64,000 bases of DNA, taken from NCBI GenBank assembly GCA_031416315.1, contig JANOTL010000115.1, forward strand, positions 1 to 64,000, in the 5' to 3' direction. Each line of letters begins with the position of its first letter. Within the stretch, counting starts at the first letter, position 1. Below are positions 1 through 10,407 of this stretch, piece after piece. A model generated the notes under the pieces. It saw only the letters and a program-made list of their open reading frames with translations, had not been told where the DNA came from and did no database searches. The DNA is from Pseudomonadota bacterium (lineage in GTDB: Bacteria; Bdellovibrionota_B; Oligoflexia; Oligoflexales; CAIYRB01). A program made the position numbers and the translations under genes.

Positions 1-125
1 CCGACGCCGGATCCGGCTCCCGATGCGGTCTCTGGCGTCGGATCGCGGGTCGCGGCTATCGGTTTCGGATGGCGGCCGTATAAGAAGGGCGCGGACGACG
101 GCAGCTGGCGCTGCGAGGCCGTGAC

Positions 126-1670
126 TCAATCCAAAACCACCACATCCCTCTGCACCCCAAGCTTCTTCATCAACCGGTGCAGATACGCACGCTCCAGACA
201 AAGCAGACGCGCCGCCTCCGACACGTTCCCGCCGGCCTTGCGCAGCACGAATTTCAAGTACGACTTCCCGGCCGTCTCGTGAAACTCCTGCCAACTCGTC
301 ACGTTGCTTCCGAAGGCAAATTCCCCCGCGACCGTCGTGCCAGCGCCGGCGCCCACGCTCCCGCCGACTCGCCCCTCGAACCCAGCCTCAGCCGCCGCCA
401 AGCTCGCCGTCGCCGCGACCGCTCCGGTCGCGCCCGCGCCACTCGCGCTTACGGTCGGCAGATCGTCGATGACGTCGATGTCCCCCTCTTCGCTGAGGAT
501 CGCCGTCCGCTCGACCAGGTTGCGAAGCTCTCGGATATTGCCGGGCCAATGGTGCGCCTCGAGCTGCTTCATCGCCACGGGCCCAAAGAACTTCTCGCCC
601 AGCGAATGCTCCTGACAAGCCTCGGCGAGAAACACCTTGGCGAGAGCATTGACGTCGGTCTTGCGCTCGCGCAAAGGCGGAAGCTGCAGGGTCACCACGT
701 TCAGCCGGTAGAAGAGGTCTTCGCGAAACTCCCCCGTCTGGCACATCTCGGCCAGATCGCGGTTGGTCGCCGCGATTAGGCGTACGTCGACGTTGGTTAT
801 GACCTCGCCGCCGACCCGCTGGATCTCGCCGTTCTGGAGCGCGCGCAAGAGCTTCGCCTGCACGTCGAGCGTCAGCTCGCCGATCTCGTCGAGAAAGAGC
901 GTGGCCTTGTCGGCACGCTCGAAGACGCCTTTCCTTTGCTTCACCGCGCCGGTGAACGAGCCCTTCTCGTGCCCGAAGAGCTCGCTCTCGATTAGGGTCG
1001 CCGGAATCGCCGCGCAGTTTACCTTGATCAAGGGCCGGTCCGACCGCGAGCTCTCCCGATGGATCGCGCGCGCGACGAGCTCTTTGCCCGTGCCGCTTTC
1101 GCCGGTCACCAGGACGCGCCCGTTCGTCGGCGCGACGCGCCGAATGAGCTTCAGCACTTCCTGGATCTTCGGGTGCTCGCCCTGGATCTCCTGAGAGCGC
1201 AGCCGGATCTCCAGCTTTTCCTTGTCCGACTGGATGCGGTTGAACGCCAGGCAGCGCGCCACGCTGACGATGATCCGCTCTTCGCCGAACGGCTTTTCGA
1301 TGTAGTCGAAGGCGCCCATCTGCGTCGCGCGGAAGGCGTCCGTCACCGTGCCCTCGCCGGAGATCATGATGACCCGCGAGGCCAAGCCGGCGTCCGACAG
1401 GGTCTTCAAGACGTCCAGGCCGCTGCCGTCCGGCATCCGGATGTCCAAAAGCACGCATTCGTATGCGAACTCCGCCGGCCCGCGCCCGATGTGCCCGAGC
1501 TTCGCCAGAGCGTCCTTGCACGTCTCCGCCTCGAAGATCTTCGCGCCTTCGCCTTCGAGCGTCATCCTGAGGCTGACGCGGATGTTCCGATGGTCGTCGA
1601 CCACCAGGATCCGGCGGTTGCGAATCAAATCCGAGCGCGCGCTCGCTTCTGCGTCCGTACCTTGTTCCAT
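126..1670 (-). CDS. Sigma-54-dependent response regulator (REC + AAA+ + Fis-type HTH), NtrX/NtrC family
   Basis: ILVVDD...[11 protein letters not shown] receiver; [11 protein letters not shown]alker [34 protein letters not shown]-terminal [13 protein letters not shown]. Start set at ATG 1670 (MEQG). Confidence 0.93.
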   Translation of the reverse strand: MEQGTDAEASARSDLIRNRRILVVDDHRNIRVSLRMTLEGEGAKIFEAETCKDALAKLGHIGRGPAEFAYECVLLDIRMPDGSGLDVLKTLSDAGLASRVIMISGEGTVTDAFRATQMGAFDYIEKPFGEERIIVSVARCLAFNRIQSDKEKLEIRLRSQEIQGEHPKIQEVLKLIRRVAPTNGRVLVTGESGTGKELVARAIHRESSRSDRPLIKVNCAAIPATLIESELFGHEKGSFTGAVKQRKGVFERADKATLFLDEIGELTLDVQAKLLRALQNGEIQRVGGEVITNVDVRLIAATNRDLAEMCQTGEFREDLFYRLNVVTLQLPPLRERKTDVNALAKVFLAEACQEHSLGEKFFGPVAMKQLEAHHWPGNIRELRNLVERTAILSEEGDIDVIDDLPTVSASGAGATGAVAATASLAAAEAGFEGRVGGSVGAGAGTTVAGEFAFGSNVTSWQEFHETAGKSYLKFVLRKAGGNVSEAARLLCLERAYLHRLMKKLGVQRDVVVLD

Positions 1671-1680
1671 CGCCAATCCC

Positions 1681-3180
1681 TCAATGCGCCGACGCGTCTT
1701 TGCGCTTCTTCGGCAGCCGAATCGTAAATACGGTCTCGCCCGGCTTGCTGCGCACTTGCAGCTTCCCGCCGTGGTCGATGACGATCTTCTGGCACACCGC
1801 GAGCCCAAGCCCCATGCCGGGGTTCGGTCCCGTGTGCTTTGTCGTAAAATAGGCCTCGAAAACCCGCTCGACGTGCTCCTTCGGGATCCCCGGGCCGTCG
1901 TCGGTGACCGTGATCAGCCACTCGCTCACCGTCTCCTCGAGCCCGACCATGATGGTCGCCGGTTTCTCCGAGCAAGCCTCGCCGGCGTTCTTCACCAGGT
2001 TGATCAGGACCTGCCGCAAGAGGTCCTCGTCGGCGTTCGCGACCGCCTTGCCGGCTTGCGCGCGCAGGTCGATCGTGTGCTGGGGGAACATGTTCTTCTC
2101 GAGCTCGACGACGTGGCGGCACAAGCTCGCCAGATCCGTCGGCTTCGGCTCCGGCTGCGGCAGGCGCGCGAAGTTGCTGAAGTTGTCGACCATCCGCCGG
2201 AGCCCGGAGACCTCCTCCGTGATGATCGATTGCGCGTTGTCGAGGAGCTTGGCGAAGTCCTTGTCCTCGCCCCGATACTTCCGCTTCAGCTGCGACACCA
2301 TCATTTGGATCGGCGTCAAAGGATTCTTGATCTCGTGCGCCAGCTTCCGCGCGATGATCTGCCACGAGGCGATCTTCTCGAGGTAAAGGCTCCGCTGCCG
2401 GTTCGCCTCGACCTCGTCCGCCATCGCGTTGAACTGCACGGTGATCAGCTTCAGCTCGCCGCGGTAAAGATCGTCGAAGCGAAAGTTCGCGTCCCGCTCC
2501 GACCACAGCGCAAAGCCTTCGATCACGTCGCCGATGCGTTTCTTGAAACGCTGCGCATAGACGATGAAGATCGAGGCGAGCAAGACGAAGCTCGCGACCA
2601 GGACGACGATGCTCGCGCGCAGCAAAGTCGGCAAGATGTTCTCGTTCAGCTTGACGCCCACCAGCTGATAGCGCTGCTTCACGTCCTCGGCGACCTTGAA
2701 GGCGTCGTACACCTCGCCTTTCGGGAACTCGACGATGCGCCCTAAGACCTTGAGGCTGTCGCGGTCGATCCATCTCAGCGCCGCCTCTTGCGCCTCGCCT
2801 TCGACGCGACCCGCAGCGTCGGTCACCCGCAACTCCGCTGCCGCCGTGCCGAGGTCGGCCGTCGCCGTCGCGAGCCAGGTCCGCATCGTCTTCTCGTCGA
2901 CGGCCGCACTCGGCCCGCCGGCCGCAAGCGTCGGCGCGACGAGGACCCTGAGCCTTTCGACCACAAGCTGCTGCCGGAGATCCTGGATCTTCTTCAGATC
3001 CGTGAGCCGCGCCGATAGACTCGCCTGGATTTCATCGTCGTGCGCCAGCTTCGCGATCGAGTCGATGCTCTCGTAGGTAAAGATCGCGCTGGTCGCGAAG
3101 CCCAAGAACAAGATGAACGAGGCGAGCCCGGCCGCGCGGATGATCCAAGACTCCGACCAATGCACCTTCAGGACGGGCAT
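1681..3180 (-). CDS. Membrane sensor histidine kinase, NtrY-like
   Basis: Two TM segments, HAMP-like region, ARKLAHEIKNPLTPI H-box, NLVKNA, DDGPGI, YFTTK, GMGLGL. Start uncertain (3180 or 3288). Confidence 0.9.
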   Translation of the reverse strand: MPVLKVHWSESWIIRAAGLASFILFLGFATSAIFTYESIDSIAKLAHDDEIQASLSARLTDLKKIQDLRQQLVVERLRVLVAPTLAAGGPSAAVDEKTMRTWLATATADLGTAAAELRVTDAAGRVEGEAQEAALRWIDRDSLKVLGRIVEFPKGEVYDAFKVAEDVKQRYQLVGVKLNENILPTLLRASIVVLVASFVLLASIFIVYAQRFKKRIGDVIEGFALWSERDANFRFDDLYRGELKLITVQFNAMADEVEANRQRSLYLEKIASWQIIARKLAHEIKNPLTPIQMMVSQLKRKYRGEDKDFAKLLDNAQSIITEEVSGLRRMVDNFSNFARLPQPEPKPTDLASLCRHVVELEKNMFPQHTIDLRAQAGKAVANADEDLLRQVLINLVKNAGEACSEKPATIMVGLEETVSEWLITVTDDGPGIPKEHVERVFEAYFTTKHTGPNPGMGLGLAVCQKIVIDHGGKLQVRSKPGETVFTIRLPKKRKDASAH

Positions 3181-3265
3181 CGCCGTCCTCTTGGTCGAGC
3201 CGTCGCCCGCGCGCCCGCCGGTGGCCAAAGCCTTCGGCTGAGCCGGCGGCGCTCCTCGGCCATCC

Positions 3266-3937
3266 TCATCCCTTGCGTTTGGCATCATCGGGCGCTTGCA
3301 CCCTCTCCACGACTTCGGGTTTCGGCGGCACGCTGACGCGGACGCTCGCCGTTTGATTCAAGGTGAGCTCGCCCAGCATGTGTGAGAAGAGGCTCTGCAT
3401 GACGCCCGACTGCTGCTGGATCAGCCAGTCTTTGATCTTCTCCGCCTCTTCCGTCGAGGTTTGCTTCACCACGAGCTTGGCGAAAATCGTGCCGCCGCGC
3501 GCGGCGAGCTTGTCGACCAGCTCCGGCTTTTCCAGCTCGGCTTTGAGGCACATCTCGCCGTAGTCGCCGAAAGTCTTGACGGTGCCGGCTCGCGGCCTTT
3601 CGTCGTCCAGGCGCGCCACGTCGTAAACTTCTTCCCATGCGTCGAACTTGACGCTGCAGCGCACGCCGTAGAACACGGGAAGGTCGTTGTCGTCCTCGTC
3701 CTTCGCGCCGGTTGCGAGCTTCAAGCTGAGCTGGCTCAGGGTCGTGAACCCGCCGTCGATCATGTCCCGCTGCTTTTGCGTTAAAGCGCCCGAAAGCGCG
3801 ATGACGACGGTGAGCTTATCGCCTTTCTTCTGCCATTTTGCCGTCGCCACGAGCTCTGCATCGGCAGCATGGGCCGCGCTCGCCGCGAGCCAGAAGCTCG
3901 CCGCCGCTAGGAGCCGGCCCCCCCACCCGGCGCTCAC
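3266..3937 (-). CDS. Secreted/periplasmic protein (DUF4390-like) upstream of the NtrY-like kinase
   Basis: Signal peptide ending AHA-ADA; 'SVKFDAWEEVY' motif and position next to the ntrY-like gene. 4-bp overlap with the upstream gene. Confidence 0.6.
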   Translation of the reverse strand: MSAGWGGRLLAAASFWLAASAAHAADAELVATAKWQKKGDKLTVVIALSGALTQKQRDMIDGGFTTLSQLSLKLATGAKDEDDNDLPVFYGVRCSVKFDAWEEVYDVARLDDERPRAGTVKTFGDYGEMCLKAELEKPELVDKLAARGGTIFAKLVVKQTSTEEAEKIKDWLIQQQSGVMQSLFSHMLGELTLNQTASVRVSVPPKPEVVERVQAPDDAKRKG

Positions 3938-5190
3938 GGCTCGGACCCGGCGTTCGCCGGTCCCGTGATCTTGCGGGTTTTCGGCACCAGCTCTTCCGGC
4001 GAGCGCGTCACTTTCAGCGCCAGCTCCGCGATGAAGCCCGAGCTGTGGTAGCGCACGCCGATGATGGCGCTCGAGCCGACCAGGTTGGTGTCTCCCATCA
4101 CGTCGTGGCCGCCGCGGAAGCGCAGGAAGAGCTCCGCCTGGTCCTCGTTCGGATCCTGGCTGCCGATCGGCACGTCGAAGCGGCTTTCCCCGCGCAAGGA
4201 ATACCCGTCGACCCCGACCGTCAGCATGCGCGTGTCGAAGGTAAGATACGCGAGCTGGCCGAAAGAGAAGGTCTTCGCCAGATTCAACTCGAAGACGGAG
4301 TTCTCGGTGTCGGTCGGCGCGAACAGGATCGCGGCCCCGATCTGGTGGCCCGAGCCCGGAAAGAAACCGCGTAGGCGCGTCTCTTTATAATAGGCGAACT
4401 TGGGCCCTGCGACCGAGCGCGGAAAGCCGTTCAGCGCGAATTCAGGCCCTTTGTTGACGTACATCGCGGCGCCGTATTGCACTTCGCCGAGCCCTGAGAC
4501 GCTGCGCGCCCAGAGCCCTTGCCCACGCCCGCCGAAGCCGAGCGCGTCGAGATAGCGATGCCGCACGTTCACGCCGGCGACCTCGGCGTCGAACTGCACG
4601 TCTTCCAGCGCGAAGCGCGGAAAGCCGTAGGCGAGCTGCCCCTGCGTGAACTTGCCCTTGCTGTCCAGGTCGACGAAGAGCGAGCCGCGGTGCATGTCTT
4701 GAAAGAGGTTCCGCGCCACGAGCCCGAGCCGGTAGTCCATCGGCGCCGACTCGGGATCCGCCGTCGACGCCGAGCTCTCGGTCAAGCTCACGCCGAGCTC
4801 GCCGCCCAGGGCCCAGTCGGTCAAGACGCCCTCGTCGTCCTCGAGCTCGAAGATCAGCTTCGCGTAGCCGGGCTGCGTGCCCTTGCGCATGATCAGGATC
4901 GCGGATTTGAAGAGACCCAAGCCGAGAAGCTTAGACCGCGTCGTCATCACCAAGTTGTCGTCGAGCGGGGTGCCGCGCACCAGGCCGAGCTCTCGCGCCA
5001 GGTCGTCCGCCGCGATCCGTGTCGAGCCGCGGATCTCCACCGTCTCCAACCGGTAGACCTGGACCTTCCGGTCCGGCCCGATGGCGATGCCGTCCGCCAG
5101 CGCGCGGTCGGGCGCCGCCCAAGCCGCGAAAGCGAAGACGGCGAGCACTAGAAAAGCGCGCCAAACCCGCATGTTTCGCGCTGAAGCCAT
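3934..5190 (-). CDS. POTRA-domain outer-membrane beta-barrel protein (Omp85-like)
   Basis: Signal peptide; POTRA-like 'VEIRGSTRI...KLLGLGLFKSA'; 'RNLF' before alternating amphipathic beta strands. Confidence 0.65.
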   Translation of the reverse strand: MASARNMRVWRAFLVLAVFAFAAWAAPDRALADGIAIGPDRKVQVYRLETVEIRGSTRIAADDLARELGLVRGTPLDDNLVMTTRSKLLGLGLFKSAILIMRKGTQPGYAKLIFELEDDEGVLTDWALGGELGVSLTESSASTADPESAPMDYRLGLVARNLFQDMHRGSLFVDLDSKGKFTQGQLAYGFPRFALEDVQFDAEVAGVNVRHRYLDALGFGGRGQGLWARSVSGLGEVQYGAAMYVNKGPEFALNGFPRSVAGPKFAYYKETRLRGFFPGSGHQIGAAILFAPTDTENSVFELNLAKTFSFGQLAYLTFDTRMLTVGVDGYSLRGESRFDVPIGSQDPNEDQAELFLRFRGGHDVMGDTNLVGSSAIIGVRYHSSGFIAELALKVTRSPEELVPKTRKITGPANAGSEP

Positions 5191-5195
5191 CGGCG

Positions 5196-5972
5196 TCAGT
5201 ACCGGAAGTGCTTGATCGGCTCGCCCTGCGCGCCGATCTCGGTCATCGCCCGGATACCGATCTCCAGGTGCAGGTCGACGTATTTTTCGCTGACCTTCTT
5301 GTCGCTCGTCTCGGTCTTCACGCCTTCCGGCGTCATCGGCATGTCGGAGACGAGGAGGAGCGCCCCACGCGAGATCTCGTTCGCCACGCCGACGGTGAAC
5401 ACGGTCGCCGTCTCCATGTCGATGGCGATCACGCGCAGCTTTTTGAGCCGTTCCTTAAAGGCCTCGTCGTGTTCCCAGACGCGGCGGTTGGTCGTGTAGA
5501 CGACGCCGGTCCGGTAATCCATCTTCGCCTCGACGATCTTGTCGCTGACGAACTTGTGCAGCTTGAAGGAGGGCATCGCCGGCACCTCCGGCGGCAGGTA
5601 GTCGTTCGACGTGCCTTCGCCGCGCACGGCTGCGATCGGCAGGATGAAGTGGCCGATTTCGGCGGCGTGCTTGATGCCGCCGCACTTGCCGAGGAAGAGC
5701 ACCGCCTCCGGCTCGACCGCTTGCAGGAGGTCCATGATCGTCGCCGCCATGGCGGAGCCGATGCCGAAATTGATGATCGTGAGGTTGGAGGCCTTGTGCG
5801 TCGCCGTCTGCATCGGCCGGCCCTCACCGCGCACGGGGACGCCGTAGGTCTCGGCGAAGCGCCGCACGTAGTCCGTGAAGTTCGTGAGAAGGATGTACTT
5901 CCCGAACTCCTCGATCGGCGTTCCGGTGTAGCGCGGCAGCCAATTGCGGACGATCTCGGCTTTGGTCTTCAC
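5196..5972 (-). CDS. amn: AMP nucleosidase (short form)
   Basis: MKTKAEIVRNWLPRYTG, ILLTNF, FLGKCGG, RGEGTSNDY, TTNRRVWEHD, IDMETAT; GTG start. Confidence 0.9.
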   Translation of the reverse strand: MKTKAEIVRNWLPRYTGTPIEEFGKYILLTNFTDYVRRFAETYGVPVRGEGRPMQTATHKASNLTIINFGIGSAMAATIMDLLQAVEPEAVLFLGKCGGIKHAAEIGHFILPIAAVRGEGTSNDYLPPEVPAMPSFKLHKFVSDKIVEAKMDYRTGVVYTTNRRVWEHDEAFKERLKKLRVIAIDMETATVFTVGVANEISRGALLLVSDMPMTPEGVKTETSDKKVSEKYVDLHLEIGIRAMTEIGAQGEPIKHFRY

Positions 5973-6059
5973 GGCCGTCCTTCAGCGGGTAGATAAGTAG
6001 GGACCATGGTAAGCGAAAAGGCCGACTTTCCCTAAGAGATTTTGTGCTAGCCTAAGGAC

Positions 6060-7508
6060 ATGGCGAAGCTACGGGAAAGGTTGATGAGAGGCGGCGTGAG
6101 CCGCCGGTCGGCGGGCGGCGTCTTCGCGTTGCCGCGCGAGGCGGCGCACGTGACCAAGGCGCTCGTCAAGCACGGCGTCTTCGGGCTCCCGTGGCGCGTC
6201 GGTCGCGCCCTGGCGAAGGAGCCCGGACTGCCACGCGCTTTCCCGAGTCAGGAAAGGCTCTGCGAGCTTTTCGGCGAGAACGCCGTCTCGCTCTTCGACG
6301 ACCTCGGCCCGATCTACGGCAAAGCCGGCCAGATCCTCCTTTCCCGCCTGACGCCCGAGCTGCACGCCATCGCCGCGACGCTCCGCCTCACGCGCCTCTA
6401 CAAAGACTGGCCGCCGCTTTCGTTCTCGGCCGTGGAGAAGATCCTCGACCGTGAGGTCCCGCGTTGGCGCACCGAGCTCTCGCTCGAGTCTTTTCCCTTG
6501 GGCGTCGCCTCGATTGCTCAGGTTCACGCCGCCGTCGACGCTGAAGGCCGAGAGTGGGTGGTGAAGATCGTGAAGCCCGCGGCCCGCGCCCGCCTCCTCG
6601 ACACCGTGCACGCGCTCGAGGAGCTGGCCACGCGCCTGACCCCGCTTGCCGTCACCTTCACCTCTCGCCGCATGCTGAAGGAGACGCGCGAGCTCTGCCT
6701 CGGATTCCGCCGCGAGATCGATCTCTCGCGCGAGCGCGAGACGATCTCCCGCGTGCACGACAAGCTGCGCGCCCGCCGGCAAAAGACGCTGGTGATCCCC
6801 GACGTGCACCCCGACCTCGGCAGCGAAAGCGTGCTGATCGTCGAGCGCTTCCGCGGCGTCTCCCTCGCCGACGTCGCCTCCGGTCATGTCGAGCTCCCCG
6901 CCGCAGCGCGGCAGAAACTCGCCAAGACCATGCTCTCCGAGCTCCTCGTCTAGGTGTTCGAGCTCGGCCTCTTTCACGCCGACCCGCATGCCGGCAACCT
7001 GATCCTCCTCGAGGACGGCTCCGTCGGCCTTTTCGACTGGGGCTTGGCGGGCGAGCTCCTCGAGTCCGATCGCCGTCACATCGCCTCGATCCTGAAGGCG
7101 GTGATCGCGCTCGACGCCGATCAGCTCATCGACGCGCTCGGCGAGATGGCGGAAGACGGCGGCGCCTCCGGCATAAGCCGCGAGGCCATCCGCACCGAGC
7201 TGAAACAGGTCGTCGCCCTGATCAAGCGCGGCAAGAGCGATCCGAAATGGAAGCCGTCGATGCAGCAGCTCTTCGAAGCCTGCTTGAAAGGCGCCGCGCG
7301 CCTCGGCATCGCGGTTCCGGACGGCCTGATCATGATGGTGAAGGCGCTCGTCACCATCGAAGGCTTGGCCAAAGGCATCGACCCGAAAGTCTCGATGGGC
7401 CGCATCGCCGGACCCGTGCTCTTCCGCGCGGCGCGCCCGGGCGTGAAGGATTTCCTGGCGCTGGGCATGCGGCTGCCGCAGCTCGCGAAGCAGATTTTCA
7501 CCGCGTGA
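6060..7508 (+). pseudogene. ABC1/UbiB (AarF) atypical kinase family protein interrupted by one in-frame TAG at 6951-6953
   Basis: LGPIYGKAGQILLSR, PLGVASIAQVH, VVKIVKP, then ELLV-TAG-VFELGLFHADPHAGN...FDWGL continuing in the same frame to TGA 7508. Confidence 0.75.
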
Positions 7509-8641
7509 GCCTCGCCGCGACACTCGCCGCCACTCTCGTCGCCACGGCCGCGTCGCTCATCGCCCTGCAGACCGCAGCGGCCGCCCCTACGCCAACGATC
7601 AAGGTCGCGATCCTGGGAGACAGCCTCGCCACCGGCGCGGCGACGCACCCCGCACTGACCTTCGATGCGGGCGAGCTCTGGTCGGTGTTTACCGGCAAGG
7701 TCGACCTCAAAGTGCCGAAGACGGCGCCGCGTCGCCTCTGGCCGGCGTCGCGCGAGTTTTTCGGCGGCTCCGACTGGGTCTTTCGCAATCTGATCCAGAC
7801 GCTCTCGCGTCAGTATCTCGACACCGAGGAATACTCCTGGGGCTATCAGCTCGCTGAGCAGCTCCAACTTCCCGTCCAGGATTTGGCCATCGCCGCCGAG
7901 GACGGCGCCCGCATGCAGGACGTCGGCCGCCAGCTCGAGCGCGTCCTCGCCGCCAACGGCAATGTCGTCCCCGAAAAAATTTTCCTCCTCTACACCGGCA
8001 ACGACCTCTGCGCGCCGAACGTTCCGTCGACGACTCCGGTCTCCGAATTCCGCCACGGCCTGCGCGAAGGCCTAGCATCGCTTCTCGAGGGCGGCCGCAC
8101 GTTTCCCGCCGGTGGCACCGACGTCTACGTCGTCGGCTATCTCGGCATCCTGCAGCTGATGGACTCCGACGAGATCTTGGCGAAGCGGGTGAGGGCCTTC
8201 GGCAAGGAGCTCAACTGCCGCGAGCTCCGCGCGCAGGGCTTCCGCGCCAAAGCGCCCGAAGAGGCGACGCGTGGCCTGCCGGAAGACGCTTGGTACTTCG
8301 CGATGGTGATGCCGCCGAACCCCGCGGGCTATTGCCCGACGCTCTTCGGTCCCGCTCTGGACCGTGCCTCCGCGTCGCCGAGCGCGCTCGCCGCCGAGGA
8401 CGCGATGCATCAGCTCGCCAACAAGATCAGAGATTTCCGCGACGCCAGCGCGAAGACGGTGCAAGAGCTAACCGAGCTCGTGGCAAAGGCGCCGGCGAAG
8501 CCGGCGCTCCGCTTCCACTACCTAGCGGGCACCGAGACCGTGGGCTTCGGCGCCGAAGACATCGCGGGCGACTGCTTTCACCTGTCCCGCGAGGGCCATG
8601 CGAAAATCGCTACGGCGATTGCTGCGTCGATTCCGCGCTGA
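7505..8641 (+). CDS. Secreted SGNH/GDSL-family hydrolase
   Basis: GTG start overlapping the upstream stop (GTGA); signal peptide; ILGDSLATG, YTGNDLC, GDCFHLSREGH. Confidence 0.85.
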   Translation: MSLAATLAATLVATAASLIALQTAAAAPTPTIKVAILGDSLATGAATHPALTFDAGELWSVFTGKVDLKVPKTAPRRLWPASREFFGGSDWVFRNLIQTLSRQYLDTEEYSWGYQLAEQLQLPVQDLAIAAEDGARMQDVGRQLERVLAANGNVVPEKIFLLYTGNDLCAPNVPSTTPVSEFRHGLREGLASLLEGGRTFPAGGTDVYVVGYLGILQLMDSDEILAKRVRAFGKELNCRELRAQGFRAKAPEEATRGLPEDAWYFAMVMPPNPAGYCPTLFGPALDRASASPSALAAEDAMHQLANKIRDFRDASAKTVQELTELVAKAPAKPALRFHYLAGTETVGFGAEDIAGDCFHLSREGHAKIATAIAASIPR

Positions 8642-8999
8642 AGGAGACTTCGATGTCGAGCTTCGCGACGGCGCGATGCAGCGCCTCGAGCCGTTGCAGG
8701 TTGTCGAGCACGCGCAAGCCGATCTGAAAGCCGCCGCCGTCGTCGTTGATCGCTTTACACCATTTGACTTCGCAGCTGAGGACCAAGAGAAATGGCTTCG
8801 CGATGGTGAGCTTGACGATCTCGTTGCGCGCAATCCGCTCGGCGGCCCAGATGCGCACGCCGCGGTCGGAGATGTCCCAGAGCATGAACGGGCCGTGCCC
8901 ATCCGCGCCGCGCGTCGCGATGCCGCGGATCTCGCTCAGCGCAACCTCGGAGCGCAGGTCGGCGCGGCGTAGCGGGCTCATCGATTTGGCAGGCGTCAT
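8610..8999 (-). CDS. Stand-alone PilZ domain protein
   Basis: RADLR (RxxxR) and DISDRG (DxSxxG), CEVKWC, FQIGLR. Confidence 0.8.
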   Translation of the reverse strand: MTPAKSMSPLRRADLRSEVALSEIRGIATRGADGHGPFMLWDISDRGVRIWAAERIARNEIVKLTIAKPFLLVLSCEVKWCKAINDDGGGFQIGLRVLDNLQRLEALHRAVAKLDIEVSFSAESTQQSP

Positions 9000-9232
9000 G
9001 GCGCATCCCCTTGCGTGGATCACGAACTTGGGAACCGATTTCTGGAACGATCCCTCTTTCGCCCTTCGGCCACAAAGGCTTGATGCATCGCCGTTACACC
9101 ATTGATTTCAGGGACTTCAAGGCTTCCATTCCGCGCCCCCTCGCACGCTCGGCGCCACGGCGATAAGCTGAGAGAGGAGGCAAGTTCCACCTGGGCTACC
9201 TAACCACTCGCATTTTCGGTATTTTCGGCCTC

Positions 9233-9478
9233 ATGGCTCTGGCTCTGGTCATCGGCCTGGGCTCGCCGGCGAGCGTCGGCGTGCTCGACGGTGAGGGCCT
9301 CGCGATCTCTGCCGAGACGGAGCCTCCGGAGGCCCAGGACCGACCGGGAGCCCTGACGCCCTCGACGCAGCTAAGACTCCCAGCGGGAGGCTGGTTCTTT
9401 CTGCCTGCGGAGCGGGAGCAAAGCGTCCGGCACGGCGACGTCGCGCGCTACCGTTTGGCGAGCGCCTGGCTCCTCTGA
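9233..9478 (+). CDS. Small hypothetical protein with hydrophobic N-terminus
   Basis: ORF filling the gap upstream of tatA; no recognisable motif. Confidence 0.3.
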   Translation: MALALVIGLGSPASVGVLDGEGLAISAETEPPEAQDRPGALTPSTQLRLPAGGWFFLPAEREQSVRHGDVARYRLASAWLL

Positions 9479-9543
9479 GCCCGCGACGCCTCACGACGTT
9501 CGCTCAAAATGTTAGATCCAAACTCCACAGCGAGGGATTTCCG

Positions 9544-9729
9544 ATGGCGATGCCCGGCATGCCCGAGATGCTGCTCATTCTCGGCGTCATGGTGCTCCTG
9601 TTCGGCGGCAAGAAGCTGCCCGAGATCGGCTCTGCGCTCGGCGAGAGCATCAAGAACTTCAAGAAGGGCGTCGCGCCCGAAGATGGCGCGGGAAAGGCAG
9701 GAGACGATGAGCGACCGAAGCCCGAGTGA
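9544..9729 (+). CDS. tatA: Twin-arginine translocase subunit TatA/E
   Basis: [38 protein letters not shown]. Confidence 0.93.
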   Translation: MAMPGMPEMLLILGVMVLLFGGKKLPEIGSALGESIKNFKKGVAPEDGAGKAGDDERPKPE

Positions 9730-10231
9730 AGCGAAGCCGCGCCTGCGCGGCACCGGCTGGCTGGTGGCGCTCGCCCTGTTCTTTCTCGCGCTCGGCGCAT
9801 ACTCGATCGGCGCTTACGTCGTTTTCGAGCGCGAGGCCGTGCACGTCCCCGGCACGGTGAGGTCGGTCGAGCGCCACCAGCATCGCACCGGCCGGCGAGG
9901 CGGCAAGGTCAGCACGGTGCGGCCACGCGTCGAGTTCACCCCATCCGGTTCGGGGGTCCCGGTGGCCTACGCGACGGCGACCGATCATCGCGACGAGTTC
10001 GAGGTCGGTCAGGCGATTGACGTGGAGTACGCGCCCGGCCGCGTCGAGCAGACGGTCCGCATCGCCACCGGCTTGCCGATGCTCGACCTCCTGGTGTCCG
10101 TCCTTGGACTCTTCCTGCTGGCCTACGCGATCCTTCGTGAGCAGCGGGCTCGGCACGCGCGCTTACGGCAAAGGACCACCCACCCTTCGGGATCCAGTGG
10201 ACAGCTCGGTCAAGCGCCGTTAAAAGAGTAG
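9707..10231 (+). CDS. Membrane protein, DUF3592-like
   Basis: N-terminal TM, 'VPGTVRSVE...RPRVEF...[13 protein letters not shown]', C-terminal TM. Confidence 0.65.
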   Translation: MSDRSPSEAKPRLRGTGWLVALALFFLALGAYSIGAYVVFEREAVHVPGTVRSVERHQHRTGRRGGKVSTVRPRVEFTPSGSGVPVAYATATDHRDEFEVGQAIDVEYAPGRVEQTVRIATGLPMLDLLVSVLGLFLLAYAILREQRARHARLRQRTTHPSGSSGQLGQAPLKE

Positions 10232-10248
10232 CTCGGCTTTGCGCCCGT

Positions 10249-10334
10249 GCCGGCGTGATGAAATGGTAGACATGCGAGACTCAAAATCTCGTGCCCGCAA
10301 GGACATGTCGGTTCGAGTCCGACCGCCGGCACCA
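10249..10334 (+). tRNA. tRNA-Leu (anticodon CAA)
   Basis: GCCGGCG acceptor stem pairing with CGCCGGC, D-loop TGGTAGAC, anticodon arm CGAGA-CTCAAAA-TCTCG, long variable arm, GGTTCGAGTCC T-arm, encoded ACCA. Confidence 0.96.
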
Positions 10335-10348
10335 ATCGTTCCCAAAGC

Positions 10349-10382
10349 GAAGAGCCGCGCAACCCAAGTTGCGCGGCTCTTC
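10349..10382. terminator. Perfect 15-bp hairpin, probable (bidirectional) terminator between the tRNA and the convergent gene
   Basis: GAAGAGCCGCGCAAC-CCAA-GTTGCGCGGCTCTTC. Confidence 0.7.
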
Positions 10383-10407
10383 TGCCGACCGTGTTCCGGG
10401 CACGCGC

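Noticed and set aside
1..125. Possible 3' end of a + strand gene at the window start
   Set aside because: Too short to assign a frame or product.
6951..6953. Genome-wide TAG reassignment or pyrrolysine
   Set aside because: TAG ends other genes normally (10231, 32803, 51759), only one internal TAG was found, and no pyl genes are present in the window.
8610..8641. Convergent 3' gene overlaps (8610-8641, 21397-21422)
   Set aside because: Short tail-to-tail overlaps are common in compact GC-rich genomes; no sign of function.
10249..10334. tRNA-Leu as an integration site for an island or prophage
   Set aside because: No integrase, no duplicated tRNA 3' end noticed, and no phage or transposase genes in the window.
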